NCBI GenBank assembly: GCA_038886535.1
Contig: JAVZXS010000011.1
Coordinates: 1 to 15,542, forward strand
Length of the DNA stretch: 15,542 bases
Direction of reading: 5' to 3'
Source: Candidatus Micrarchaeia archaeon
GTDB lineage: Archaea; Micrarchaeota; Micrarchaeia; CABMEP01
This document shows, one piece after another, positions 6,313 through 15,394 of the stretch. Position 1 is the stretch's first letter, and every line of letters begins with the position of its first letter. The notes beneath the pieces are model-generated. The model saw nothing but the letters and a program-made list of their open reading frames with translations. It was not told the origin of the DNA and searched no databases. The translations under genes were made by a program, and so were the position numbers.

Positions 6313-9059
6313 ATCGGCTACTTTCCCTTTTCATTTTTTTTCTTGTGCTATTCCCCGCTCCTTTATGCTCAGATCCATATCAAAAAGAACAAGATCTTAA
6401 TAGAGAGCTTTTGACTACTCTTATGTCAACCTTCCTTCAGGCTAACGATCTTGATAACGCTTTAGACATAGCTAGAAAAGGTGTAAAATTATATCCAAAA
6501 GAGTCATTTTGGTGGGAATGGTATAAAAAGATAGCTTTGTGGCTTGGCAAAACAGAGGAAGCCTGCTTAGCACAGTTGAAACTTGCGGAACTCCAAAAAT
6601 CTAAGGATAGCATTAAAGAGGCCTTCAGCCTTGCTATCTCAGCAAAACGCTTTGACATTGCTATAAATCTCATATCAAATTACCCATGGCTTAATAAGGA
6701 ATTAAAAAAAGAGGATTTGTTGTACATATATTCAGAGGCTGGAAAAATAAACGATTTCATAAATCTTATGGAGAACCTTTATAGAAAAGAGAAAAAGGCC
6801 GATTATCTTTATTATTTAGCCCGAGCTTACTTTATGGATGGTAGGTACGGTGAGGCTGCCGAATATATGAATAGATTAGAAAAAAGCAAACGATTAAATC
6901 TTGAAGAAACGATGTTTTATTCAGATATACTTTTCCTAAATAATAAGGTTTTGGAAAGTTATCTTATATTGAAAAAATACTTTGATAAATTCGATCTCTC
7001 AAAAGAAATTCCTCCAAAACTTTACTGCAAAAAACTTTCTTATCTCGCATGGATATTAAAAGACCTGGAAACCGCTGCAAGATCTGCAGAATTACTCGAC
7101 AGCATGGGCGAAGCTGAGGAGGATGATTATGTAAGAATATATGCTTATCATTTTTCTATGAAAGATTATAAAAAAGCTGTAGATTACGTAAGCAAGGGTT
7201 ACCGAAAGTCTAACAGCGAGTATTTATTTACTTTATGGGTTGAAGGACTGATAGCTCTTAAGGATTTTAATAAAGCCGAGCAACTCTTCACGCTCATAGA
7301 TAGGAACGATCTCTTATCTAGTCCATATCTTTTGGGTGTATATTCTAGAACCCTGTATAAAATGAAAAAGGCAGAGGAGGCAAGAAAGGCGCTATTAGAG
7401 GCTCTAAGGATAAAATTTTCAGTAAAGACCCTATCCGTTGCATTACACATGGCCGTTGGTTTTTCCGACAAGGTATTAGCTGGTATTCTAAAAAAAGACT
7501 ACGGTAATTATGAAAAGATTCTCCCGAGAGAATTTACTCTCTTATATCTCATGATGCAGGACTCGCAAAGAGCTACTGTGTTAATAAGCACTCTTCGGGA
7601 AAAGGACAGGGATGATCTTCTAGTATATGCGCAGGCTATTGATATGCTTGGAAGAACGGAGGAGGCAAGAAGCGTAAGATTCAAGGTTTTGAGAGAACTC
7701 TATAACGATGTGGAACTGTTCGAGGACAAGGAGAAATTAAGGCTTTTCTTAATAAGCGGTATCGGGATGTTACCTTCTAGCGAGTTATCAAAAGGTATGA
7801 AAATAGGCAATAGATTGCTTCAAGAAGAGCTCTGGCTTGATATTTACCTAACTCACCTGCTTGCAGAGGGACACTACGAAAAAATTGAACGTATGGAAAA
7901 GTTTGAAAAAATCGAACTCAAACCATGGATGGAACTTAGCCTTGCTCTTAGAAATAATGACAGAGAATATATTAGGAAATTGCTTGAGGATAAGGAGGAA
8001 ATACTCCCTTATAGAGATGTCACTGAGTCTTACAGGAGATTAGGGTATCCACGGAAGGCTATAGAACATGCCTATAAGAGTATGGAGAAAAACCCGGAAG
8101 ATACTTTGCTTTATGAACAGTTCAGACAACTTTTTCATGACTACGGAGATTATGCTCAAATTAACGCTGGATACAAGATTCTAGATAAGACAGGATATTT
8201 TACGCTAAATCCATCGTTAAGGTTCTCTTATGGGGAGGAATGGCATGTAATTTACGGTGGTGAAGAAGGATTACTGACTTTTTTGAAAAATCCGAACTAC
8301 AGAAATTTTCCTTCCAATTACCATTATCATAAATTTAGCCTCAGAAAATACACGGACGAAGGCTATTATCAAGGGGGAGTGATTTTAGGCGACAGTCTTA
8401 GAAGTTTTTTTGGTCTAGAGCTTGATCTTTCAAAGAGAGTTTACAAAATTGATAATGCTAGTCTATCTTTATATTATAACAGGCAAGCACAAGAAACACT
8501 TTTTACTTACATCGGCGGTCTTAAGGATGGCCTTTCGCTTGGCCTATATGAGAGCTTAGGCCCAAGGATGGGCTTAGGTTCAACGCTTGAGTACGATATT
8601 TTCAAGTCTCAGGATGTCAAAACTATCGGTTCCGGTTTTAGTACGTATTCAGAAATCTTTTACAAACTTAGGTTTGCCTATCCAGACTACACCTTGAGAC
8701 TTTATACTTCTTTTGGTGTTTATAGTGAAAAAGAGGGAAGCAAAGGGGTATTAGGAAAGTTAACCAGTTTCGAAGACTTCAAAATTCTTCCGGAAGATAG
8801 CTTCACAATTGGAACGGGTTTTAACTTCGGAACAGGCGTGAAGGAAATGATAAGCAGAACTCTTTCTCCCTTTTTTACATTAGACTTTTATTATAATACC
8901 GTTTCTAATTTTTGTTATGGCTTCTCATTAGGTATTTCTGGAAAACTTATGGGAAAAGATCGGCTTTCAATAGGACTTAAACGACTGTCCAACTTTCAAA
9001 TAACGGGAGGATCTTATTGGGAAGCATACGTAGAATATAGATTATTTTACTTACACTGA
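6309..9059 (+). CDS. pelB: PelB TPR plus C-terminal outer-membrane beta-barrel export protein, with its own signal peptide
   Basis: AAGGAGG SD at 6292-6298; signal peptide MNRLLSLFIFFLVLFPAPLCS; TPR array (FLQANDLDNALDIARKGVKLYP..WW); 'LKPWMELSLAL..ND'; Gly/aromatic-rich beta strands including YKLRFAYPDYTLR; ends YVEYRLFYLH. Confidence 0.88.
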   Translation: MNRLLSLFIFFLVLFPAPLCSDPYQKEQDLNRELLTTLMSTFLQANDLDNALDIARKGVKLYPKESFWWEWYKKIALWLGKTEEACLAQLKLAELQKSKDSIKEAFSLAISAKRFDIAINLISNYPWLNKELKKEDLLYIYSEAGKINDFINLMENLYRKEKKADYLYYLARAYFMDGRYGEAAEYMNRLEKSKRLNLEETMFYSDILFLNNKVLESYLILKKYFDKFDLSKEIPPKLYCKKLSYLAWILKDLETAARSAELLDSMGEAEEDDYVRIYAYHFSMKDYKKAVDYVSKGYRKSNSEYLFTLWVEGLIALKDFNKAEQLFTLIDRNDLLSSPYLLGVYSRTLYKMKKAEEARKALLEALRIKFSVKTLSVALHMAVGFSDKVLAGILKKDYGNYEKILPREFTLLYLMMQDSQRATVLISTLREKDRDDLLVYAQAIDMLGRTEEARSVRFKVLRELYNDVELFEDKEKLRLFLISGIGMLPSSELSKGMKIGNRLLQEELWLDIYLTHLLAEGHYEKIERMEKFEKIELKPWMELSLALRNNDREYIRKLLEDKEEILPYRDVTESYRRLGYPRKAIEHAYKSMEKNPEDTLLYEQFRQLFHDYGDYAQINAGYKILDKTGYFTLNPSLRFSYGEEWHVIYGGEEGLLTFLKNPNYRNFPSNYHYHKFSLRKYTDEGYYQGGVILGDSLRSFFGLELDLSKRVYKIDNASLSLYYNRQAQETLFTYIGGLKDGLSLGLYESLGPRMGLGSTLEYDIFKSQDVKTIGSGFSTYSEIFYKLRFAYPDYTLRLYTSFGVYSEKEGSKGVLGKLTSFEDFKILPEDSFTIGTGFNFGTGVKEMISRTLSPFFTLDFYYNTVSNFCYGFSLGISGKLMGKDRLSIGLKRLSNFQITGGSYWEAYVEYRLFYLH

Positions 9060-9115
9060 GTTTTCCCTCCGATATTTTTGTTGCCTTTACTGGCCTTACC
9101 CTCTTTCTGGATATT

Positions 9116-10438
9116 TCAAGATATTCTTATAAGACCAAAATTTTCTATTTCAGCACATATACGATTTATATCTTCTACCTTATGGATTTGATAAAAAACC
9201 CTCAGTTGAACAAAGTCTACTCCTTTAAGCTCCTTTAACAAATTGTTCACTCGTTTTACAAACTGATATGCACCCTGGGGGTCTGTAAAAGATAGCAATA
9301 TTAGTAACTTTTGGTCCCCGTATCTATAAATTATGTCGAGTCCTCTAATATTTTCCAAAATAAAGTAATATATACTTTCATCCCATCTCCCAAAATCTAA
9401 AAGCACCAGAGACGATTCTATCCCATATTTTTTCTTTAACATTGAACACTTATTCAGTTCCTTAATGAAGTCAAAATCCAAGGTTGGAAATCTATTATTT
9501 AAGTCTCCTATAGCTTCTAAGTCTGCATAATCTTGTAATATGTAATAAAAAAGAAGCCCTATAGACAAAATATTATCGGAATTCAGGTTTAAGAATGGCA
9601 TTTTTTCTATAACAAATACGTATTTAATTTCCGAACCTAGATAAAGAGGAATTACACAGAGGTACTTAGTGGAGTAGTCATTTATTGAAGAAACAGCAAC
9701 ATAAGAAACTTCTCCCCTTTCGAATGCACAATTTACTAGTCTATCCTGCATATCGAGGGTTTCCATGCCGCCTACTTCAATTATTTCTTTGGCTTTACCT
9801 TTGGTTACTTCGTAAAGGCCGGCCTTTTCTATCGAATAGATGTTTACAACCACCATGAAGATTTCTTTTAGAGCTCTCTGTAGGTCATGCGTTTTTAATA
9901 TTTGTTTTCTTACGTCCGTAAGAAAACCTCTAATACTTATAGGTTTGCTTATATTATATTTCTCAAGTCTATCGTGGGATAATTTAGTTATGTAGAGGGC
10001 TCTACCGACGTCTCTTAACCTATCACTAAGATAGTCTGCTTTTTTTTCATATTTTTCTATTACTCTACTCCAGTAAAAATTAAACTCAGAAAGGACTAAA
10101 AGGTAAAGAAGAAGCAATAGCAAAAGAGTTCCTGTAAATTTGGAATATACGATGTATAAGGTCATTGCAAAAATAACCAAGTATAAAACACCTGCAAAAA
10201 AACCGTAAAAAAGGCTTAACACCGCCACAGGAAATATATGGAAGGCTAGGCCATACTTGTTCTCAAGAAGTAAAGGATCAGATCTATCTATGGCGAAACC
10301 GAAAACATATACTACACCAATAAGTATAAAGATCTCAACAATCACCAATTTAATATTGGTTTGTTCATATTTGGGAAGTTCTTTATCGGGTTGTGCCTGT
10401 TTTAATCTAGTTCTAAGTACCTTAATTAGAGAAAGCAT
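9116..10438 (-). CDS. pelD: PelD, c-di-GMP receptor (TM helices, GAF-like domain, degenerate GGDEF domain)
   Basis: N-terminal TM helices with 'DPLLL' and 'FYGFFAG'; 'KLSHDRLE....KPISIR' juxtamembrane motif; I-site RxxD (RGLD at 9346-9335) with no GGDEF signature; overlaps pelC. Confidence 0.92.
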   Translation of the reverse strand: MLSLIKVLRTRLKQAQPDKELPKYEQTNIKLVIVEIFILIGVVYVFGFAIDRSDPLLLENKYGLAFHIFPVAVLSLFYGFFAGVLYLVIFAMTLYIVYSKFTGTLLLLLLLYLLVLSEFNFYWSRVIEKYEKKADYLSDRLRDVGRALYITKLSHDRLEKYNISKPISIRGFLTDVRKQILKTHDLQRALKEIFMVVVNIYSIEKAGLYEVTKGKAKEIIEVGGMETLDMQDRLVNCAFERGEVSYVAVSSINDYSTKYLCVIPLYLGSEIKYVFVIEKMPFLNLNSDNILSIGLLFYYILQDYADLEAIGDLNNRFPTLDFDFIKELNKCSMLKKKYGIESSLVLLDFGRWDESIYYFILENIRGLDIIYRYGDQKLLILLSFTDPQGAYQFVKRVNNLLKELKGVDFVQLRVFYQIHKVEDINRICAEIENFGLIRIS

Positions 10439-10934
10439 TAACCTGTTTTAAGAGTGAAGCTAGTATTTTTTGAGTCAGAATAGAAACAGACTGATAATGC
10501 CACCCACTCATAGAACCCGTAGCTGTATAGATTAAGTCACCGGTTTTCAAATCGTAGATCCTAAGGGTTATACTAGCTACCGGCTCGCCATCTATACCCG
10601 CTTTATATCTGAACTCGTTAACCGAACCTGTTACGACGTATCGAGCACCCTTGTCTGCAAGTTTTTTCATGAATTCCTGAATTTCTTTTTGAGTATATTC
10701 CTTATCCTCGATATATACAAGATCCTTTTTGAGGTTATATCCCATAGAAGAAACCACACCCTCCGCTATAGATGATACCCGCAATCCAGCAAGAGGAGTT
10801 TCTGTATAATTTTCAAAAGGTAACACAACAATAACCGGTCCCGAAGTAGCCGGCTTCTTCTGGACGTTTAACACACCTGAAGAACAAGATAACAGCAAGA
10901 ATAAAGTTCCAAAAAACCACAAATATTTCCTCAT
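10422..10934 (-). CDS. pelC: PelC outer-membrane lipoprotein
   Basis: Lipobox LLSC; motifs LPFENYTETPLAG, YVVTGSVNEFRYKAGIDGEPVASITL and GSMSGW; 170 aa; directly upstream of pelD. Confidence 0.93.
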   Translation of the reverse strand: MRKYLWFFGTLFLLLSCSSGVLNVQKKPATSGPVIVVLPFENYTETPLAGLRVSSIAEGVVSSMGYNLKKDLVYIEDKEYTQKEIQEFMKKLADKGARYVVTGSVNEFRYKAGIDGEPVASITLRIYDLKTGDLIYTATGSMSGWHYQSVSILTQKILASLLKQVNAFSN

Positions 10935-11205
10935 ATATTACCTTTGTTAAGCAGAAAAAAGCCATTAAATAAAAAATTTGAAAATCAAATAGAAATAAAA
11001 ACTATCGTATAAACCGTGTCAAGCGAAAAACGATACATCCAGGTTAAGACCTGTAGCTACCGAAAACAACATAACCAAGGTGACCCCAACCCCTTAAGTT
11101 GCGCAATTCATAAGCACTTTCTATGGTGGACCGACTGTTGTATAAATCTAATGAAGACCTTAAGAAGAACCAGCGTATGGCGTTTTGCATTGTTTAAGGA
11201 AACTT

Positions 11206-12231
11206 ATGCATATCGTAGGAATTAAACCCATATACGGCGGTAGCCTGCCTGTAATGGAATACACTTTAGAAGCCTTGCATCAATTGGGACATAGAGTAAC
11301 TGCAATAGATTTTTCGTCGTATTTACCTATGCTCCATTACATCAGGACAACAAACGACGAAAAGGCTACCATCTTATTAAAAGAGAAGACCACAAAGATA
11401 ATCATTGAAACCCTCGAAATAATGCAACCGGATGTTCTCTTCGGCATTGCGCAAGCTCCTATCTTTAGACCGGTTCTTCGTTTTTGCAAGAGACATAATA
11501 TAGTGAGTGTGTTCTGGTTTGTGGAAGACTTTCGGAGATTTACCTACTGGAAGGATATAGCCGGTCTGTATGATTTTTTCTTTGTTATACAGAAATCACC
11601 CTTTACGGACATAGTAAGAAAACTTTGCCCCCGATCCTTTTACCTTCCTCTAGCAGCTGAGCCATCAGTTCATCGTCCTCTTAACCTATCAGAAAAGGAA
11701 AGAAGAGAATATGGATCATCTGTTTCTTTTGTAGGAGCGGGTTATCCAAATCGAGTTGCTCTTTTTGAAAAACTCGAGCTGGAGGATTTTAAAATATGGG
11801 GTTCCGACTGGAATCTTTCGAGGAATTCCGGTCTTCATAAGTTTCTGCAAAGAAACGGGGCAAGAATTGACGTTAAAGAATATGTTAAAATTTTTAATGC
11901 CTCTCCTGTAAATCTCAATCTCCATTCTTCTCTTAACCCGGATGAGATGGGAAGCGGAGATTTCGTAAATCCTCGAACCTTTGAAATTGCGGCATGTAGG
12001 GCCTTTCAGATCGTTGACTACAGAACTCTTTTAGGCGAACTATTCGAAGAAGGCGAAGAAATCATTGTGTGTAGAACAATTTACGAAATGAAACGGGCAA
12101 TACGAAAGGCGCTTGAAGATCCGGAATGGAGGATGGATGTAGCTCAGAAAGGTTATAGAAGAGTGCTTAGAGAACACACATACCTTCATAGGATGAAAAC
12201 TCTACTGGAAATTTTGGAGAGAAACGCTTAA
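11206..12231 (+). CDS. CgeB-family glycosyltransferase (Glyco_trans_1_2-type)
   Basis: Motifs PIYGGSLP, FWFVED, YLPLAA, SFVGAGYPNR, NLNLHSS, NPRTFEIAAC and EHTYLHRM. Start placed at ATG 11206 (AAGGA SD at 11196-11200) rather than TTG 11185. Confidence 0.85.
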   Translation: MHIVGIKPIYGGSLPVMEYTLEALHQLGHRVTAIDFSSYLPMLHYIRTTNDEKATILLKEKTTKIIIETLEIMQPDVLFGIAQAPIFRPVLRFCKRHNIVSVFWFVEDFRRFTYWKDIAGLYDFFFVIQKSPFTDIVRKLCPRSFYLPLAAEPSVHRPLNLSEKERREYGSSVSFVGAGYPNRVALFEKLELEDFKIWGSDWNLSRNSGLHKFLQRNGARIDVKEYVKIFNASPVNLNLHSSLNPDEMGSGDFVNPRTFEIAACRAFQIVDYRTLLGELFEEGEEIIVCRTIYEMKRAIRKALEDPEWRMDVAQKGYRRVLREHTYLHRMKTLLEILERNA

Positions 12232-13853
12232 TGGGGGATATAAAAATTTCCTGTTGCATGATAGTAAAAAACGAGGAACCCCATATTGAAGGCTGCCTTC
12301 GTAGCGTTTTAGACGAAGTTGACGAAATCATTGTGGTTGATACGGGCTCTAGCGATAGAACACTTGAAATAGCTTCAAAATTTATACCCAAGGTTCGGAT
12401 ATTTCACTTTAGATGGAACGATGATTTCTCTGCGGCAAGAAATTTTTCTCTCGATAAAGCCGAAGGAAGCTGGATACTTTATATAGACGCCGATGAACGT
12501 TTGAACACTCTTGGAAAAAGAAATATTCTAAGAGAGCTTTCCCTTCATGGTGGAGCCGATGCATATTACGTTGGGATTCGAAGCTTTCACCTAGAAGGAG
12601 AAATTGTTTCAGGATCTTTCGACTGGGCAACAAGATTTTTTAGGCGATTTCCGGACATAGAGTTTACAGGAACGATTCATGAAAGCGTTGAACCCTTTTT
12701 AATTAAGAGGGGAGCCCTTATCCAGCGTGCCCCTTTTATCATAGACCATTTCGGTTATATCTCCCGAGGAGACTCATGGCGATTAAAGATAGAGAGAAAT
12801 TTCAAACTTGCTCTAAAGCACATCAAGAAAAACCCGAAAGATCCATACATTCTTTACCACCTTGCCCTGGCAGCATATCAACTGGGAAAATGGAAGTTTG
12901 CCTATCATATAATTGAAAAAGCATACGAAATCATTAGCTCTTCTGAAGAAAGCCGGAAAAACAAACTAGCCCTCATCTGTTTTATTCTGAATCTTAAGGC
13001 AAAACTTCTGCTGGATCAGGGAAAATATACCGAAGCTATTGAAACGGCCGATAAATCCCTTGAACTCGTTTCGGCTCAAAAAAGTGCCCGGCTTTTAAAA
13101 GCCTTATCTTACATAAACCAGAAGCAATGGAGCGAAGCAATTCCACTGCTTGAAGAAGCCCTCGATTTCGTTCTCCGAGAAGGAGATCCCTTTTTAAATC
13201 CTTCCGTATTAAGTATGGAATTTTCCGTCTCGCTTTCGATGCTAAAAAAGCTTCTTGCGTCTTGCTATTTGAAAACAGGCCAGCACGAAAAAGCCATCAA
13301 TTCACTTGGCGGTAGTGACACTAGCGGTTTATTGGAACTCGCATCCTTAGCTTTACAGGATGGACATATTAACGCCGCCTTTTACTGTCTCGGTCAAATC
13401 TTAAGATATGAGCATTCTGAATTGCCAGTTCATAGTATTATACCTCTCTTCCAGAATGCCCTTTCTCTAACCGATGCTTCTTCTCAGGAACTAGAAGCAA
13501 TCGATACATTCCTTTTAACCCTGGCCTCCAGAAAAGACTGGAAAGATGTTTTACTCCCCTTTCTGGACGTGCTTATCTCTCAGAACAAGACGGCATTTTT
13601 TATTAAAAATGACACCTTGCACGATATAAAGAGAACCAGGCTAGAAGTTCTCATCCATATCAGAAAAGGAAGTATAATAGATGCTATTAGAAGAAGTTTT
13701 GCCTTTATGAGATCCATTCCAAAAAGGAAAGATCTTTCGCCGGATGAAGTCGAAATAGTAAAATTACATGCGGGCCTTCTCGTTCAGTCCGGAAAAAAAC
13801 GAGAAGCAATTTTTCTTTTAAAGAGATTTAATATTTTCGGAGACGCTCAATAA
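12231..13853 (+). CDS. GT2 family glycosyltransferase with C-terminal TPR repeats
   Basis: Motifs ISCCMIVKNEE, VVDTGSSD, WNDDFSAARN, DADE, GTIHE and HFGY, followed by TPR helices; TAATG overlap with the upstream gene. Confidence 0.92.
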   Translation: MGDIKISCCMIVKNEEPHIEGCLRSVLDEVDEIIVVDTGSSDRTLEIASKFIPKVRIFHFRWNDDFSAARNFSLDKAEGSWILYIDADERLNTLGKRNILRELSLHGGADAYYVGIRSFHLEGEIVSGSFDWATRFFRRFPDIEFTGTIHESVEPFLIKRGALIQRAPFIIDHFGYISRGDSWRLKIERNFKLALKHIKKNPKDPYILYHLALAAYQLGKWKFAYHIIEKAYEIISSSEESRKNKLALICFILNLKAKLLLDQGKYTEAIETADKSLELVSAQKSARLLKALSYINQKQWSEAIPLLEEALDFVLREGDPFLNPSVLSMEFSVSLSMLKKLLASCYLKTGQHEKAINSLGGSDTSGLLELASLALQDGHINAAFYCLGQILRYEHSELPVHSIIPLFQNALSLTDASSQELEAIDTFLLTLASRKDWKDVLLPFLDVLISQNKTAFFIKNDTLHDIKRTRLEVLIHIRKGSIIDAIRRSFAFMRSIPKRKDLSPDEVEIVKLHAGLLVQSGKKREAIFLLKRFNIFGDAQ

Positions 13854-15394
13854 TGATTGTAGCCTTCAAAGTGCTTATAATCCAGTTGACCCGTATGGGT
13901 GACATTATACAGACTCTTCCTCTTATTAAGAGACTTAGAGAAGAAATCCCCAAGGTTTACATAACCTTTTTATGCGTTGACCGTTTTGCAGAAATTCTTA
14001 CGGCTACTCCCATGATCAATCGATACATAAAAATCACGCCGCAGGAAGCTCTGAAAATAAAGAACATGGACGCAAGCTCTCTTTACGCCGTTCTTGAACA
14101 TCCCTTTCTAAAGGAACATTATGACCTGGTAATAAATCTTACTCACGATCTTTCTTCGGCAATCATTTCTGGCCGGATCAAAGCCACCGAAAGAACCGGG
14201 GCAGTAGCAGAAGACAGTTCTTCGCCCTATTTAAAACTAAAAGACAAATGGGGAAGATACCTATTTTCCTGTGTAAACAATAGGGAAGAGAATTCTTTCA
14301 ATCTTGTGGATATTCACATGGGAATGGGAAAGGTTCATCCCTGTCCTGTTTCCAACTATCTGGGAATAAACAGCAAAAACCTGGAAAGAATCGAAAGGAT
14401 ATTTTTAAAGTTTGGTATATCAAAAGAAAAACCCGTTGTAGCTCTTCACATAGGAGCAAATAAACTTCACAGAACCTGGCCTGTTGAACATTTTGCGGCT
14501 CTTTCGGAATTCTTAATAAAACATTACAACGCCCGAATAATCTTAACGGGATCCTCAGCCGAGGAACATCTTTTTAATAATTTCATATATCACGTAAACC
14601 CGGAAAGGCTAAAACACGGTCAGGTTATAAATCTCATCGGGAAAACGAGACTTCAGGATCTTATTGCCCTCATAGGAAAGTGCAGTCTCCTTGTAAGTAA
14701 CGATACGGGTCCCATCCATATTGCCGCTTCCGTAGGAACTCCCACCGTAGGAATATACACTTCCACAGCCTATCCGGGGGAAACCGCTCCCTACGGAGAA
14801 GGACATTATGTAATTCACCCCCTTATGTCATGTTACCCGTGCATTGATGAGCACTTAGGTTTTGATTGTGGTCTACCGTGCCGCTACAGCATTTTGCCCG
14901 AAAAGGTATTCGAAGTGGCTTCAGGTATTCTTGAAAATCGCCCTAAGAATTTAAAAACAGGCGAAGATGTAATGATCCTAAGATCTAGATTTCTTTCCAA
15001 CGGAACGCTTCTATACGAACCCGCTATTTCCCCGCGTGATTTTTCAGATGAAGTATTTCAAAAGTGGCTACGTAAAATAATGCTTAGGATGGTGTGGGAA
15101 GGGGTTTTAGGGCTCCCTTCAGACCCACTTCTTATTTACAGGATACCGGAAGAAGATGTAAAACGATGGATCATAAAAGCAGAGGCAATTCTTGACAGCG
15201 CATTAGATTCACTCCAATCTAACACTTTCGCAGAAACTTCCACTCTAAAGAGCTTCTCCGGCCTTTTCTTAGATTTTTCAAAGCTTTCTATTTATAGCGA
15301 TTGCTCTAATGAGATTCCCGAAACAATTTTTCTTATGAAACAAAGACTAAAAGAGATATCGTCATGGTCGAAAAGAGCCTTTCGGTTTGCATGA
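13853..15394 (+). CDS. GT9 family (heptosyltransferase-like) glycosyltransferase with C-terminal extension
   Basis: Motifs LIIQLTRMGDIIQTLP, YDLVINL, HIGA...RTWP, LLVSNDTGPIHIAASVGTPTVGI and CYPC...C..PC; TAATG overlap with the upstream gene. Confidence 0.92.
   Translation: MIVAFKVLIIQLTRMGDIIQTLPLIKRLREEIPKVYITFLCVDRFAEILTATPMINRYIKITPQEALKIKNMDASSLYAVLEHPFLKEHYDLVINLTHDLSSAIISGRIKATERTGAVAEDSSSPYLKLKDKWGRYLFSCVNNREENSFNLVDIHMGMGKVHPCPVSNYLGINSKNLERIERIFLKFGISKEKPVVALHIGANKLHRTWPVEHFAALSEFLIKHYNARIILTGSSAEEHLFNNFIYHVNPERLKHGQVINLIGKTRLQDLIALIGKCSLLVSNDTGPIHIAASVGTPTVGIYTSTAYPGETAPYGEGHYVIHPLMSCYPCIDEHLGFDCGLPCRYSILPEKVFEVASGILENRPKNLKTGEDVMILRSRFLSNGTLLYEPAISPRDFSDEVFQKWLRKIMLRMVWEGVLGLPSDPLLIYRIPEEDVKRWIIKAEAILDSALDSLQSNTFAETSTLKSFSGLFLDFSKLSIYSDCSNEIPETIFLMKQRLKEISSWSKRAFRFA

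Noticed and set aside
831..6341. A8/T8-T9 homopolymers (e.g. 831-838, 918-925, 3783-3791, 6334-6341) and G6 at 1557-1562 as phase-variation tracts
   Set aside because: Short, expected in AT-rich DNA, and the ORFs containing them are in frame.
11178..11190. Sigma54-like TGGC...TTGCA upstream of the CgeB-family gene
   Set aside because: The GG-to-GC spacing is 6 nt rather than the required 10.
10935..11205. c-di-GMP riboswitch upstream of pelC; small hairpin CAGGT-TAAG-ACCTG (11040-11053) and palindrome TTGCGCAA
   Set aside because: No GEMM-type GCAAA...GAAA...CGCAAAGC core found on either strand, and the hairpins are too short to call.
11016..11225. 69-aa ORF in the pelC / GT intergenic region
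   Set aside because: GTG start without SD, no recognisable domain, overlaps probable promoter DNA and the next gene's start.
2642..14818. Short alternative-frame or antisense ORFs in the track (2642-2824, 4886-5068, 6010-6192, 6437-6673, 7199-7471, 7861-8043, 10257-10451, 11716-11925, 12167-12391, 12409-12633, 14609-14818)
   Set aside because: All overlap well-supported genes and show no recognisable motifs; treated as shadow ORFs.
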